Shown one piece after another: positions 18,526-26,458 of a DNA stretch of 26,458 nt. Source of the DNA: a virus (lineage: Duplodnaviria; Caudoviricetes); IMG/VR virus record IMGVR_UViG_3300031511_000041, positions 1 to 26,458 of that record. One strand, given 5' to 3'. Numbering within the stretch: position 1 is the first letter of the stretch; the number at the start of each line of letters is the position of its first letter. A program made the translations under genes and the position numbers. A model generated the notes under the pieces. It worked only from the letters and a program-made list of their open reading frames with translations. It searched no databases and was not told the DNA's origin.

Positions 18526-19235
18526 TAAATCCATGTATCTCTTATGGTATAACGAAAGAAAATCGAAACCATAACAAATATCAGATAGAAGACTTACCAT
18601 GCGATATTCAGTTATCTATTTTTCATTATAAAGATGAATTTCTTATAAATAAGGAGAAGATTCTTGATGAAATAGAAAAGAATGGAAATAAAATAAAAGT
18701 TGTTCACATGCCCCTTGATACTCTTAAAACTCCATTAAAAGAGATTGAGTTTTTTGTAAGTGATATATATGTACGTTCAGGTTGTGATAAGTATGTATTG
18801 CATCCTAACAAGGGAATAGAATATTTTCTAAATAACTATAAGTTTAGAACTCCAGAAAAATTTTGTCTTGAAACATTTGCATGGAAAAAGAAAAAGGTTT
18901 TTAGAACACCATTAGAGATAATAGATATTTGCAATAAACTTATAAACGTATCAATGACTATAGATACTGCTCATATAGAGCCAATATGGTTTGACCATAA
19001 AATTATGTCACATTTATTAAAATATACAAAAATAATTCACTTATCTAATCGTTGCAAAGAGTTAGGACCTCATATACCATTTAATCATCCAAAGGGTGAA
19101 CTAAAGTTAATTAAATTTGTAAACGATTTGAAATATAGGTATAAATGGAGCGGAGACATTGTTTTAGAGTACATGCCAGAATATTCACATAAGATAATCA
19201 AGAATGTAATGTTTCTGAAAAAATTGGTGGAATAA
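18522..19235 (+). CDS. Xylose isomerase-like/AP endonuclease 2 TIM-barrel metalloenzyme
   Basis: Metal-ligand motifs in the expected order: VVHMP, VLHP, CLET, IDTAH, IHLSN, HIP, VLEY. Confidence 0.75.
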   Translation: MINPCISYGITKENRNHNKYQIEDLPCDIQLSIFHYKDEFLINKEKILDEIEKNGNKIKVVHMPLDTLKTPLKEIEFFVSDIYVRSGCDKYVLHPNKGIEYFLNNYKFRTPEKFCLETFAWKKKKVFRTPLEIIDICNKLINVSMTIDTAHIEPIWFDHKIMSHLLKYTKIIHLSNRCKELGPHIPFNHPKGELKLIKFVNDLKYRYKWSGDIVLEYMPEYSHKIIKNVMFLKKLVE

Positions 19236-19810
19236 TGGAAAAATTATCTTGGGAGAAATTTAGCAATACAGAATATTATCAAGGGTTTTGTTATAGAATG
19301 CCAGGTGGAAACTTTATGCATAAAAGAACCATTGAATCCATGGAAGATTCAACAATGCAGCATTGGAGAAAAGGTGATCTAGTACAATTTTTTAATGGTA
19401 TTTTACCTTCTTTAAGAGATAAAACATGGTGGAGTTGGTTTACTAGAGGAAAAGTTTTTAAAAAATTCTTAAAACAAAATCCGTCCATTAGAGATATAAG
19501 AATACCTTTTTATGCAATAAATGAATATGGATTAATAATTGGTAGATATAAAAAGACTAAATATTTTGATTGTAGAGATGATCTTAAATTTTATAATTAC
19601 GGTTCAGTAATTATGTTATTAACAGGATCAAAACCTGGTCGTATAAAGAGATGTTATGGTTCTACTTTGTTTAATAAAATAAGTTCATATCCACATGAAA
19701 AAATTCCACCTCAGTTAAAACAGTTTGAGAAATTTATAAAACATAATGAAGATTCAGATGAATCTAGAAATTACTTTGTGTCTAAAGTTTATAGTTATTT
19801 TAACAAGTAA
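19235..19810 (+). CDS. Basic hypothetical protein
   Basis: 191-aa ORF, TAATG-coupled. No recognisable motif. Confidence 0.7.
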   Translation: MEKLSWEKFSNTEYYQGFCYRMPGGNFMHKRTIESMEDSTMQHWRKGDLVQFFNGILPSLRDKTWWSWFTRGKVFKKFLKQNPSIRDIRIPFYAINEYGLIIGRYKKTKYFDCRDDLKFYNYGSVIMLLTGSKPGRIKRCYGSTLFNKISSYPHEKIPPQLKQFEKFIKHNEDSDESRNYFVSKVYSYFNK

Positions 19811-19818
19811 GGAGACAA

Positions 19819-20163
19819 ATGGACATAGAAACATTGATGAAAATTTATATAAAAGAACGAGAGTATCAAAAAAATTGTTTCGGTGAATATAAAGATATGA
19901 ACTCTCTAAATTTTGCCAGTTTTCTAAACTTTATAAGGCAATATCTAAATAAGTCAGAAAAAGCGTACGCTGAAAAATGGGATTCTGAACTACCAGGCTG
20001 GTTAGTTATGTGTGACGAAATGCATGAAGGAACAGGACCTGCAGATGCTTATGAACAATTAATAAAACTATTTGCATTAGCAGGAGCAGCATTAGAAACA
20101 TATACAGAACTCGATCCAGAAAAATGGAGGGCGAACCCCGATGAAGGAAAAAAATGGAAATAA
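19819..20163 (+). CDS. Hypothetical protein, possible MazG-like all-alpha NTP pyrophosphatase fold
   Basis: EREYQKNCFG...EQLIKLFALAGAALE resembles the phage ERxRQxxKWG...ELIQVAAVAVAxxE pattern. SD AAGGAG. Confidence 0.5.
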   Translation: MDIETLMKIYIKEREYQKNCFGEYKDMNSLNFASFLNFIRQYLNKSEKAYAEKWDSELPGWLVMCDEMHEGTGPADAYEQLIKLFALAGAALETYTELDPEKWRANPDEGKKWK

Positions 20164-20176
20164 AGGAGATAGTTTT

Positions 20177-20905
20177 ATGCAACCACAGGAAAATTTATCA
20201 AACATGCTTAAGCATGGAGTGACTGAAGAACGAGTTACTTTTAACGAAGATCAAGTAACCGAATCTACAGCTCCCAGCGAAGAAGTATCAAATGAGTCAA
20301 TGGATCCAATTTCAGTTACTTCACTATCAAACTGGTTTGATTCAAATGTAAATAATTTTCCAAACATTAGGAAACCAACCATGTCAGTAACTGGCGTTGA
20401 TCCTAATGAACAACTCATTATTACAGTTCTGGTATCTAACGAAGGTGGAGTAGAAAAACGAAAGATAGTTGTATATGATGACGCTCATATACAACCAGTT
20501 TTAAATATACCAGCTGTAGATATGCAAATATATAATAATGGTTTTAGAATTATTTATAATTATGGAAATGGTATCTATATAAAAGGATATGGAATAAGAA
20601 CTGGTTTATTTACTGTATTTTGTTATGATATTAATAATATTCTAGTTCCATATGCAACCGTTAGGATAAAGAAACGTGACACAGATATTGATGTACTACA
20701 AAAAGATCCAGAGTATGTTCGCCAAAAACTTACTGAAACTCTTGACTTTGAAGCACTTCAGTTGAGATATAAACAAAGTGCAAAGACAGAAGGATTTAGA
20801 ACAAACTTTGATGCTATAAAATGGCTAGTTGAAAGACAGGGAAGTATCGAAGATGTACATCATCATATTCAGATTGATAATGTAATTATTGATACTTTAG
20901 AATAA
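20177..20905 (+). CDS. Hypothetical protein with acidic, probably disordered N-terminus
   Basis: Start moved to ATG 20177 (AAGGAG at 20163-20168). No recognisable family. Confidence 0.75.
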   Translation: MQPQENLSNMLKHGVTEERVTFNEDQVTESTAPSEEVSNESMDPISVTSLSNWFDSNVNNFPNIRKPTMSVTGVDPNEQLIITVLVSNEGGVEKRKIVVYDDAHIQPVLNIPAVDMQIYNNGFRIIYNYGNGIYIKGYGIRTGLFTVFCYDINNILVPYATVRIKKRDTDIDVLQKDPEYVRQKLTETLDFEALQLRYKQSAKTEGFRTNFDAIKWLVERQGSIEDVHHHIQIDNVIIDTLE

Positions 20906-20913
20906 CAAGGAGA

Positions 20914-20951
20914 TGAGTGAGTAGATTAATTTCTTCTCACTCACTTTTATT
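20914..20951 (+). promoter_or_regulatory. Hairpin between an SD-like AAGGAG and the next ATG (terminator and/or split-RBS element)
   Basis: TGAGTGAG (20914-20921) pairs with CTCACTCA (20936-20943) and is followed by CTTTTATT. Confidence 0.55.
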
Positions 20952-21686
20952 ATGAAATTAAATAAAAATCTTAAGCTCGTACTTCAGAATGTTTATCTTT
21001 ATGATATTGAAGCATGCCATTATACTATTCTAAATAATCTTGGATATGATTTGACTGGAATTGATCCAAATGATAAACTTGGTAGAAATATTGAAATTGG
21101 TAAAATGATGAAAAAGAATCCAAGACTGATATCTCTTTTGAGAAATACAACTGAGTCAGTAATTAATGATTATATTTCTAAAAATAATATACTAGAAGAT
21201 GATATTGTTATTAGGCAATATGATGGTTTGTTATTGACAAGAAAAATACAGCATACAAACATTGGACATATCCCGCTAGAATGTAGAAAAACATTTGAGA
21301 TATTTATATCATCAATCAATAGAAATAAGTATATAGCATTGGATCAAACCTCTAAGGTAGCGATTAAGGGGGTTTCAAATCGGTATGAATATATGGATAA
21401 CCTTTATCTAAAACTATGTAAAATAGTAGCGTTGGCGATTAAAGAGTCGATATTTAGAAACCTTCAAAGAATCAAAGATGAAATTATTAACGGAAATAAA
21501 CCTGAGATGTATGCGGTTCCAAATAGACGAAATAAATTTACAATTTTTCTTAAGGATTATGGAGAAATAGAAGTTTCAAAAAGTACAATCCGAATAATGG
21601 ATCCAAGTGAAATTGATAGGAATAAATATTTTCAATATTATATAGAGCCATTTACAAAAAGTATTGTATATGAGCTTGTGAGGTAA
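20952..21686 (+). CDS. Minimal family B DNA polymerase-like protein (palm/fingers/thumb only)
   Basis: Motif A-like YLYDIEACHYTI, motif B-like KLGRNIEIG (KxxxNxxxG), motif C-like IRQYDG, then NKY and IKGV. No exonuclease domain. Confidence 0.6.
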   Translation: MKLNKNLKLVLQNVYLYDIEACHYTILNNLGYDLTGIDPNDKLGRNIEIGKMMKKNPRLISLLRNTTESVINDYISKNNILEDDIVIRQYDGLLLTRKIQHTNIGHIPLECRKTFEIFISSINRNKYIALDQTSKVAIKGVSNRYEYMDNLYLKLCKIVALAIKESIFRNLQRIKDEIINGNKPEMYAVPNRRNKFTIFLKDYGEIEVSKSTIRIMDPSEIDRNKYFQYYIEPFTKSIVYELVR

Positions 21687-21688
21687 GA

Positions 21689-22291
21689 ATGATTTTAAAC
21701 ATTGCAGCAGGAAAAACACAACCCCTTTTTGACGTTATTAAACATAAACATTATATAGTAAATGTTGATCTGGAATATTTTAATTCTGAAACCCCTGAGT
21801 TTATTGAAAATTATGCAAAACAAATAGAATCACAAAACGTTCCATTGGTTCGTAATACAAATGTGTATTGTAATTATGATATTTTTAAATTTATGGAACG
21901 AACAATATTATATTTTGAAAATGTTTGTATATATAGATTTCTAGAACATGTTTCATTTACTCAGATTCCATATTTTATTTATCTAGTTTCAACAATAACA
22001 AAAGAAGATAGTATTGTTGATGTTATAGTACCAAATTACGAAACTCTTGCTAAGATGATTTTAGCAGAAGATATTGGTGCAGAATCTCTAAGTAATTTTG
22101 AAGCAGATAATATTTTATTAACAACTGAACTTCTGAACGAGCCATCATGTCCACATGCTTCAATATGGACTCCGCAAAGAGCAAAATATTTTTGGGAACT
22201 TGAAGGAAGGTTTAAAGTTGTTAATCTAGATCCTCAGTTTACTTTTGATGGTAGAAATATTTATATACGAATAATAGCAAGGAGATTATAA
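21689..22291 (+). CDS. Class I SAM-dependent methyltransferase-like protein
   Basis: ILNIAAG (motif I-like), VNVD, YRFLEHV, VIVPN, and H-x3-WT, as in Methyltransf_11-like phage proteins. Confidence 0.65.
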   Translation: MILNIAAGKTQPLFDVIKHKHYIVNVDLEYFNSETPEFIENYAKQIESQNVPLVRNTNVYCNYDIFKFMERTILYFENVCIYRFLEHVSFTQIPYFIYLVSTITKEDSIVDVIVPNYETLAKMILAEDIGAESLSNFEADNILLTTELLNEPSCPHASIWTPQRAKYFWELEGRFKVVNLDPQFTFDGRNIYIRIIARRL

Positions 22292-22584
22292 TGGTATTAA
22301 TAACTGAAGGAAAGACTTCTCCTCGAAGGAATTCGCTTCATAGTAGAGTATATACTAGCACTTTTCTACTTAGTTTAGATTATAAAAACAATGTACATGT
22401 ATTAAAAGATAGATTTCAGTCACCTAATCATCAACCACTTAGTGAAGAAGAAACTATTAAAGCAGTTGTACGTATATTAGTTGGTCAAAAATTTAAAGAT
22501 AATCTAAAGATGTTTAAAGAAGGTCTGCAAAAAGAGCTAACAATATCAATACAAAAAATAATGAAAGAAGGTGTCAATAGATGA
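22291..22584 (+). CDS. Hypothetical protein
   Basis: 97-aa ORF coupled at both ends (TAATG, ATGA), with an AAGGAG SD. Confidence 0.7.
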   Translation: MVLITEGKTSPRRNSLHSRVYTSTFLLSLDYKNNVHVLKDRFQSPNHQPLSEEETIKAVVRILVGQKFKDNLKMFKEGLQKELTISIQKIMKEGVNR

Positions 22585-23498
22585 GAAACTCATTTCAAGA
22601 ACGAGCAGCAGAAATGGGCCTTAATGATTCTCTAAGCTATAAGGGACTATTTAGTTATAGTGATCAGTTTGTAGAGGTTATTTATAGACAATTAACAACT
22701 ACGGTAATATTTGATGACCAAGAAAAGCATAAAACTGATGGCTCCACGGTTCCGATAATGGGTATTTATATAAAACCGCACGAGCTAACTGATTATTTAT
22801 ACTGTGGTTATGTTTCAGATTTATATCAGTTTATTGGAAATAATATTCTAATTGAACAAATTAAAAGTGCTATTAATCAAGTTGGCCTGCCAGTAGTCAG
22901 TGAAAATCCTTTATTTAGCTATAATCGTGCAAGGATGCGAAATGAAATAATTATAAGCAGTAGTTATCGAACGTCACATGGCGATGTTCTCCCAGTTCTA
23001 ATTGTAGAAAATAGCTATGATGGAACAAAGGCAGCAACTGTATCATTTGGAATATCAACTATATATAATAATCATCCTATAGTATTTTCATTTACACTTG
23101 GTTCAATGCGACAAGTTCATATTCAAAATGCTAATACAACAATGGCTTCTGTAGTCTCATCATATATGGAGATATTTCAAAATAATATACTTGATATGAT
23201 TGAACAAAGTTTTCAAAGTAAATTGACAGCAGAACAAATGCTTGGAACTCTTGATTTAATAGAGAAAATTGGTAAACGAAAACGTGAAGATATATCTAAG
23301 CTTCTTCAAGAACTAAATCCATCTAAAGAAGGAGAGGAACCACCGCTACCATCTGCATGGCAAATGTTTTTAGCAATTGTAAGATATAGTAGTCTTGAAC
23401 CAAATTTAAATTCAAAACGACTTCTTGAAAATGCAGCTGAAAGTGTACTTGTTATACCAACTAGGATGTATGACGTGTTAAATCGTCTTTCATCATAA
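22581..23498 (+). CDS. DUF932/DUF945-like protein
   Basis: VSDLYQFIGN and LIVENSYDGTKA resemble the VSxxY...N and NS[HY]DG motifs of this family. C-terminal SAWQMFLAI helix. Confidence 0.55.
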   Translation: MRNSFQERAAEMGLNDSLSYKGLFSYSDQFVEVIYRQLTTTVIFDDQEKHKTDGSTVPIMGIYIKPHELTDYLYCGYVSDLYQFIGNNILIEQIKSAINQVGLPVVSENPLFSYNRARMRNEIIISSSYRTSHGDVLPVLIVENSYDGTKAATVSFGISTIYNNHPIVFSFTLGSMRQVHIQNANTTMASVVSSYMEIFQNNILDMIEQSFQSKLTAEQMLGTLDLIEKIGKRKREDISKLLQELNPSKEGEEPPLPSAWQMFLAIVRYSSLEPNLNSKRLLENAAESVLVIPTRMYDVLNRLSS

Positions 23499-23540
23499 AC
23501 TCCGTTGCTTGGTTTGATTCCGCCAAGGGGAAAAAGAATT

Positions 23541-23584
23541 TGGGTAAGGTATAGATTCTGCCTTACCCACCTCTCCTTTTTTTT
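23541..23584 (+). terminator. Rho-independent terminator
   Basis: Stem TGGGTAAGG(TA) / (TG)CCTTACCCA at 23541-23569, followed by CCTCTCC and an 8-T tract. Confidence 0.75.
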
Positions 23585-23585
23585 G

Positions 23586-23600
23586 GAACAAAATATAAAG
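23586..23600 (+). promoter_or_regulatory. Candidate phage late-promoter motif, copy 1 (GAACAAAATATAAAG)
   Basis: 13/15 identical to the element at 24873-24887. Lies immediately after the terminator and upstream of a putative structural gene. Confidence 0.4.
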
Positions 23601-23637
23601 AACATTACTAAAATTTTTTTTGTAAGGAAATTTATAA

Positions 23638-24873
23638 ATGGTAGAGAAAAGCAGATATTGGACACCAAATCGTACTTATGAGTTTATATTAAAAATTGGT
23701 GATATAGATATCACGAATGACCTTCATAGAGTAAGTATCCTTTCCTCAATAGATGTTCCATATCAAACTGTAGTAATAGATCTTATAATAGACCCAAATG
23801 ATATACTACTCGATCAAATATATGGACAAAAACCTCTTAAGTTAACTTCTAACTTACTTGCTACAGATCAGTATGTTATGGAGAGTATAGATTTTGAGCT
23901 TATGTATTTATCATCTGATCTCCCAATTAACCAAAAAGCAACAATAGCTGATGGAGTACAAAAAGATCGAGCAGAAGTTTCTATAGTCACTGTTGTTAGA
24001 AAACCATATAAAACTATGAACTACTTTGTTAATGATATTAGTCACGGAACAACTATAGATAATGTAATTCAAAATTTAGTATCTAAAACTGGTGCAACAT
24101 TAAAGATGGATACAGCTGGAAGGAATACGCAAGTAATTGACCAAATTTTAATACCTCCAGCAACATTATATAAAACAATTATGTATCTAAATTCAACTTT
24201 TGGAATTTACAATGGAATGCCATCAGTTCATTGTTCACATGATAATGTAGTACACATTAAAAATCTAACAAAAAAAATGAGCGACTCTCAAGCATTTACT
24301 GTTTATCAATTTGCTTTAGATTCTGACAATCTAGACTTGATAAATAAAGCAGACAACGGAAAGAATTTTTATACAAGACGAGATATTGATACAATGTATA
24401 AAGGAAATTCAGTGTTTGGAGTTTTAGCACCAAAAATGAATTTTGTAGTAAAACCCAGAGATAGATTATCATATACAATACCAATCACATTAGAAACATT
24501 TGCCAAAACATATGGACTTATTTCAAAAAACAATAAAATATTTTTTGATAAAACAGCTATCTCTTCTGATTCTAGAATAACAACATATAAAGATCATACA
24601 GGATATGAGTTGGATAGTACTTTTATAAACTCTAATATTTCAAAAAATATAAGCCATATTACTGAAACGTCAGTAGTAGTTGAACAAAGTATGAGGTTAT
24701 TAAACTTAATGAAAGTCGGTGAATCAGTACAACTGATCTCAAGGAATACTGAAACAGCACCAGTAACCGGTCGCTATATCTTACATAGAAGCGAATTAAA
24801 ATTTACAAAAGCAAGAGATTGGTCATCAAGTGGACTATTGACTTTGATTCGAACTAATAGATCAGGGAAGTAG
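23638..24873 (+). CDS. Putative virion structural protein (baseplate hub/tail-like)
   Basis: 411-aa, beta-rich, Thr/Ser/Asn-rich. The C-terminal VGESVQL...GRYILHRSELKF...LTLIR resembles the end of gp27/GpD-like hubs. Lies next to the terminase. The functional call is tentative. Confidence 0.45.
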   Translation: MVEKSRYWTPNRTYEFILKIGDIDITNDLHRVSILSSIDVPYQTVVIDLIIDPNDILLDQIYGQKPLKLTSNLLATDQYVMESIDFELMYLSSDLPINQKATIADGVQKDRAEVSIVTVVRKPYKTMNYFVNDISHGTTIDNVIQNLVSKTGATLKMDTAGRNTQVIDQILIPPATLYKTIMYLNSTFGIYNGMPSVHCSHDNVVHIKNLTKKMSDSQAFTVYQFALDSDNLDLINKADNGKNFYTRRDIDTMYKGNSVFGVLAPKMNFVVKPRDRLSYTIPITLETFAKTYGLISKNNKIFFDKTAISSDSRITTYKDHTGYELDSTFINSNISKNISHITETSVVVEQSMRLLNLMKVGESVQLISRNTETAPVTGRYILHRSELKFTKARDWSSSGLLTLIRTNRSGK

Positions 24874-24887
24874 AACAAATAATAAAG
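24873..24887 (+). promoter_or_regulatory. Candidate phage late-promoter motif, copy 2 (GAACAAATAATAAAG)
   Basis: Near-identical to 23586-23600 and located in the short gap before the terminase ATG. Confidence 0.4.
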
Positions 24888-24900
24888 GATAATACAAATT

Positions 24901-26458
24901 ATGGCTAAAAGACCATCACAATTAAAAAATTTAACAAATAAATATGTTGCGGAGTTCTTACAATGTAGAGCAAGTTTTGATTACTTTGTAAAAAATTATG
25001 TTTATATAGAATTACCTGGTAGAGATGTTATTCTTTCGCCATATAAAAAACAAGTAGAACTTATTGATTTAATTGAAATGCAAAAATATGTTATTGTTTT
25101 AAAGAGTAGGCAGATCGGTATTTCTACTATTGTTCAAGCATATGCTGCTTGGTTATCCGTGTTCTATGATAATGTTGTTATTGGAATTATTTCAAAAGAT
25201 GGTGCTGAGGCTACTGATTTTGCTAGAATAATTCGTGGCATGATTGAAAAACTTCCTGAATGGATGAAACCTCCAGGAGGACTTCTTGGTCGTGGTTTTG
25301 CTAAACGAACTGAACGGTCATTTATTTTAACTAATGGAAGTAAAGCATACGCTTCTCCAGTAAATCCAAATGCTCCAGATAAAACTCTTCGAGGTAAGGC
25401 TATTACATTTTTGGTTATTGATGAGGCAGCATTTGTTAATCACATTGAATCAGCGTGGACATCAATGGTTCCAGCATTATCTACTAACCAGATGCAAGCT
25501 AAAAAAGCTGGGATCCCATTTGGTACTATGGTTCTTTCAACACCCAATAAAACGGTTGGTATTGGACAATGGTATTTTAGTAGATATATGAAAGCTATTT
25601 CCGGTGAAGATATTTTAAAACCATTTGTAATTCATTGGAAAATGATTCCAGAATTGGCTGAGGATCCAGGTTGGTATAAAACTCAATGTGAGTTATTTGA
25701 CAATGATCCAAAGAAAATTGCTCAGGAGTTGGAATTAAAATTCTTGCCAACTGAAGGTAGTTTCTTTGAAGCAGAAACAGTTGAGAAAATGCAAAATTCT
25801 GTCGAGAAGCCAATTGAAAAACTTCAATTGTTTAATGGGCAGATATGGAAATTCGCTCAACCAGTATCTGGAAACTATTATATTATTGGAGTAGATACTG
25901 CACCAGAACATGGTGAAGATAAATCAGCTATTACAGTATGGGATTATAAAACTTTAGAACAAGTTTGGGAATATCAGGGCAAATGTAAAGTAATGGATTT
26001 TATTAAAGTAGTAAAAGTAGCAGCTGCAACATATCCAGGATTAATAGTTGTAGAATCAAACTCAGTTGGTAATCAAGTTGTTGAACATATAAATGCTAGT
26101 GAATATGGGCATATGTTATATAAAGAAAAAAGAGGAAAGAACACACATATTCCTGGTTTAGCAACAACTCCAAAAACTAGACCACTAATGATCGACGCTC
26201 TTTACTCTTATATAACTGAGTTTCCAGAATCAATTAAATCAGAACGATTAGCACTTGAACTGACCGGACTTGTTTCAAAGAAAAGTGGAAAAGTAGAAGC
26301 TGATACAGGTTGTCATGATGATATTGCTTTAGCAACTGCTTTATGTATGTATGTCCGAAAATATGATCCACCAGTATTAATAGACTTTACCAGTACCCCA
26401 ACAATGGCAGGAGATCTTAAAGATGTAATTAATCTCAATGATCCAGAAACAAGTACTG
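24901..26458 (+). CDS. terL: Terminase large subunit (T4 gp17-like), 3' end beyond the window; not in the ORF track
   Basis: Translated by hand from ATG 24901 with no stop to the window end: Walker A LKSRQIGIST, Walker B LVIDEAAF, coupling motif LSTPN, QELE, nuclease IIGVDTA, VVESN and CHDDIALA. Confidence 0.95.
   Translation, partial: MAKRPSQLKNLTNKYVAEFLQCRASFDYFVKNYVYIELPGRDVILSPYKKQVELIDLIEMQKYVIVLKSRQIGISTIVQAYAAWLSVFYDNVVIGIISKDGAEATDFARIIRGMIEKLPEWMKPPGGLLGRGFAKRTERSFILTNGSKAYASPVNPNAPDKTLRGKAITFLVIDEAAFVNHIESAWTSMVPALSTNQMQAKKAGIPFGTMVLSTPNKTVGIGQWYFSRYMKAISGEDILKPFVIHWKMIPELAEDPGWYKTQCELFDNDPKKIAQELELKFLPTEGSFFEAETVEKMQNSVEKPIEKLQLFNGQIWKFAQPVSGNYYIIGVDTAPEHGEDKSAITVWDYKTLEQVWEYQGKCKVMDFIKVVKVAAATYPGLIVVESNSVGNQVVEHINASEYGHMLYKEKRGKNTHIPGLATTPKTRPLMIDALYSYITEFPESIKSERLALELTGLVSKKSGKVEADTGCHDDIALATALCMYVRKYDPPVLIDFTSTPTMAGDLKDVINLNDPETST

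Noticed and set aside
20913-20924. Mini-ORF ATG-AGT-GAG-TAG after AAGGAG
   Set aside because: There is no spacing between SD and ATG and only three codons. The sequence is better explained as the 5' arm of the hairpin.
23508-23527. GGTTTGATTCC resembles a tRNA T-loop (GGTTCGATTCC)
   Set aside because: I could not build an acceptor stem, D-arm or anticodon arm around it, and the space after the upstream stop is too short for a tRNA.
552-25813. All minus-strand ORFs and the short alternate-frame + ORFs in the track (e.g. 1551-1817, 9043-9291, 9321-9542, 23306-23668, 25370-25591, 25595-25813)
   Set aside because: They lie within or mostly overlap well-supported + strand genes and show no protein motifs. 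They are best explained as shadow ORFs.
1-26458. Stop-codon reassignment, as seen in some large phages
   Set aside because: Genes are full-length in the standard code, and TAA, TAG and TGA all occur at gene ends followed by new SD/start signals.

Overview
AT-rich, gene-dense window with every credible gene on the + strand and many translationally coupled junctions. It reads as a large (jumbo-type) tailed phage genome. Evidence: a T4 gp17-like terminase large subunit at the right edge (absent from the ORF track because it has no stop in the window), a gp46/SbcC-like ATPase, and a compact multisubunit RNA polymerase in the order beta-prime then beta. The most striking element is a six-gene ubiquitin-like conjugation cluster at 4341-11025, just upstream of the RNAP genes. 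It comprises an 846-aa E2 (family D-like) multidomain protein, a JAB peptidase with zinc ribbons, a ThiF/E1, a Rho-N/HeH-fused ubiquitin-like protein ending in GRKG, a second divergent E1 and a small HPN...C E2-like protein. Other genes: radical SAM, FolE2, a TIM-barrel enzyme, a minimal family B polymerase-like protein, a methyltransferase-like protein and a DUF932-like protein. Non-coding signals: three hairpins, a possible split Shine-Dalgarno, and a 15-nt motif repeated before the two putative late genes. All calls come from motif recognition by eye; no database searches were run.
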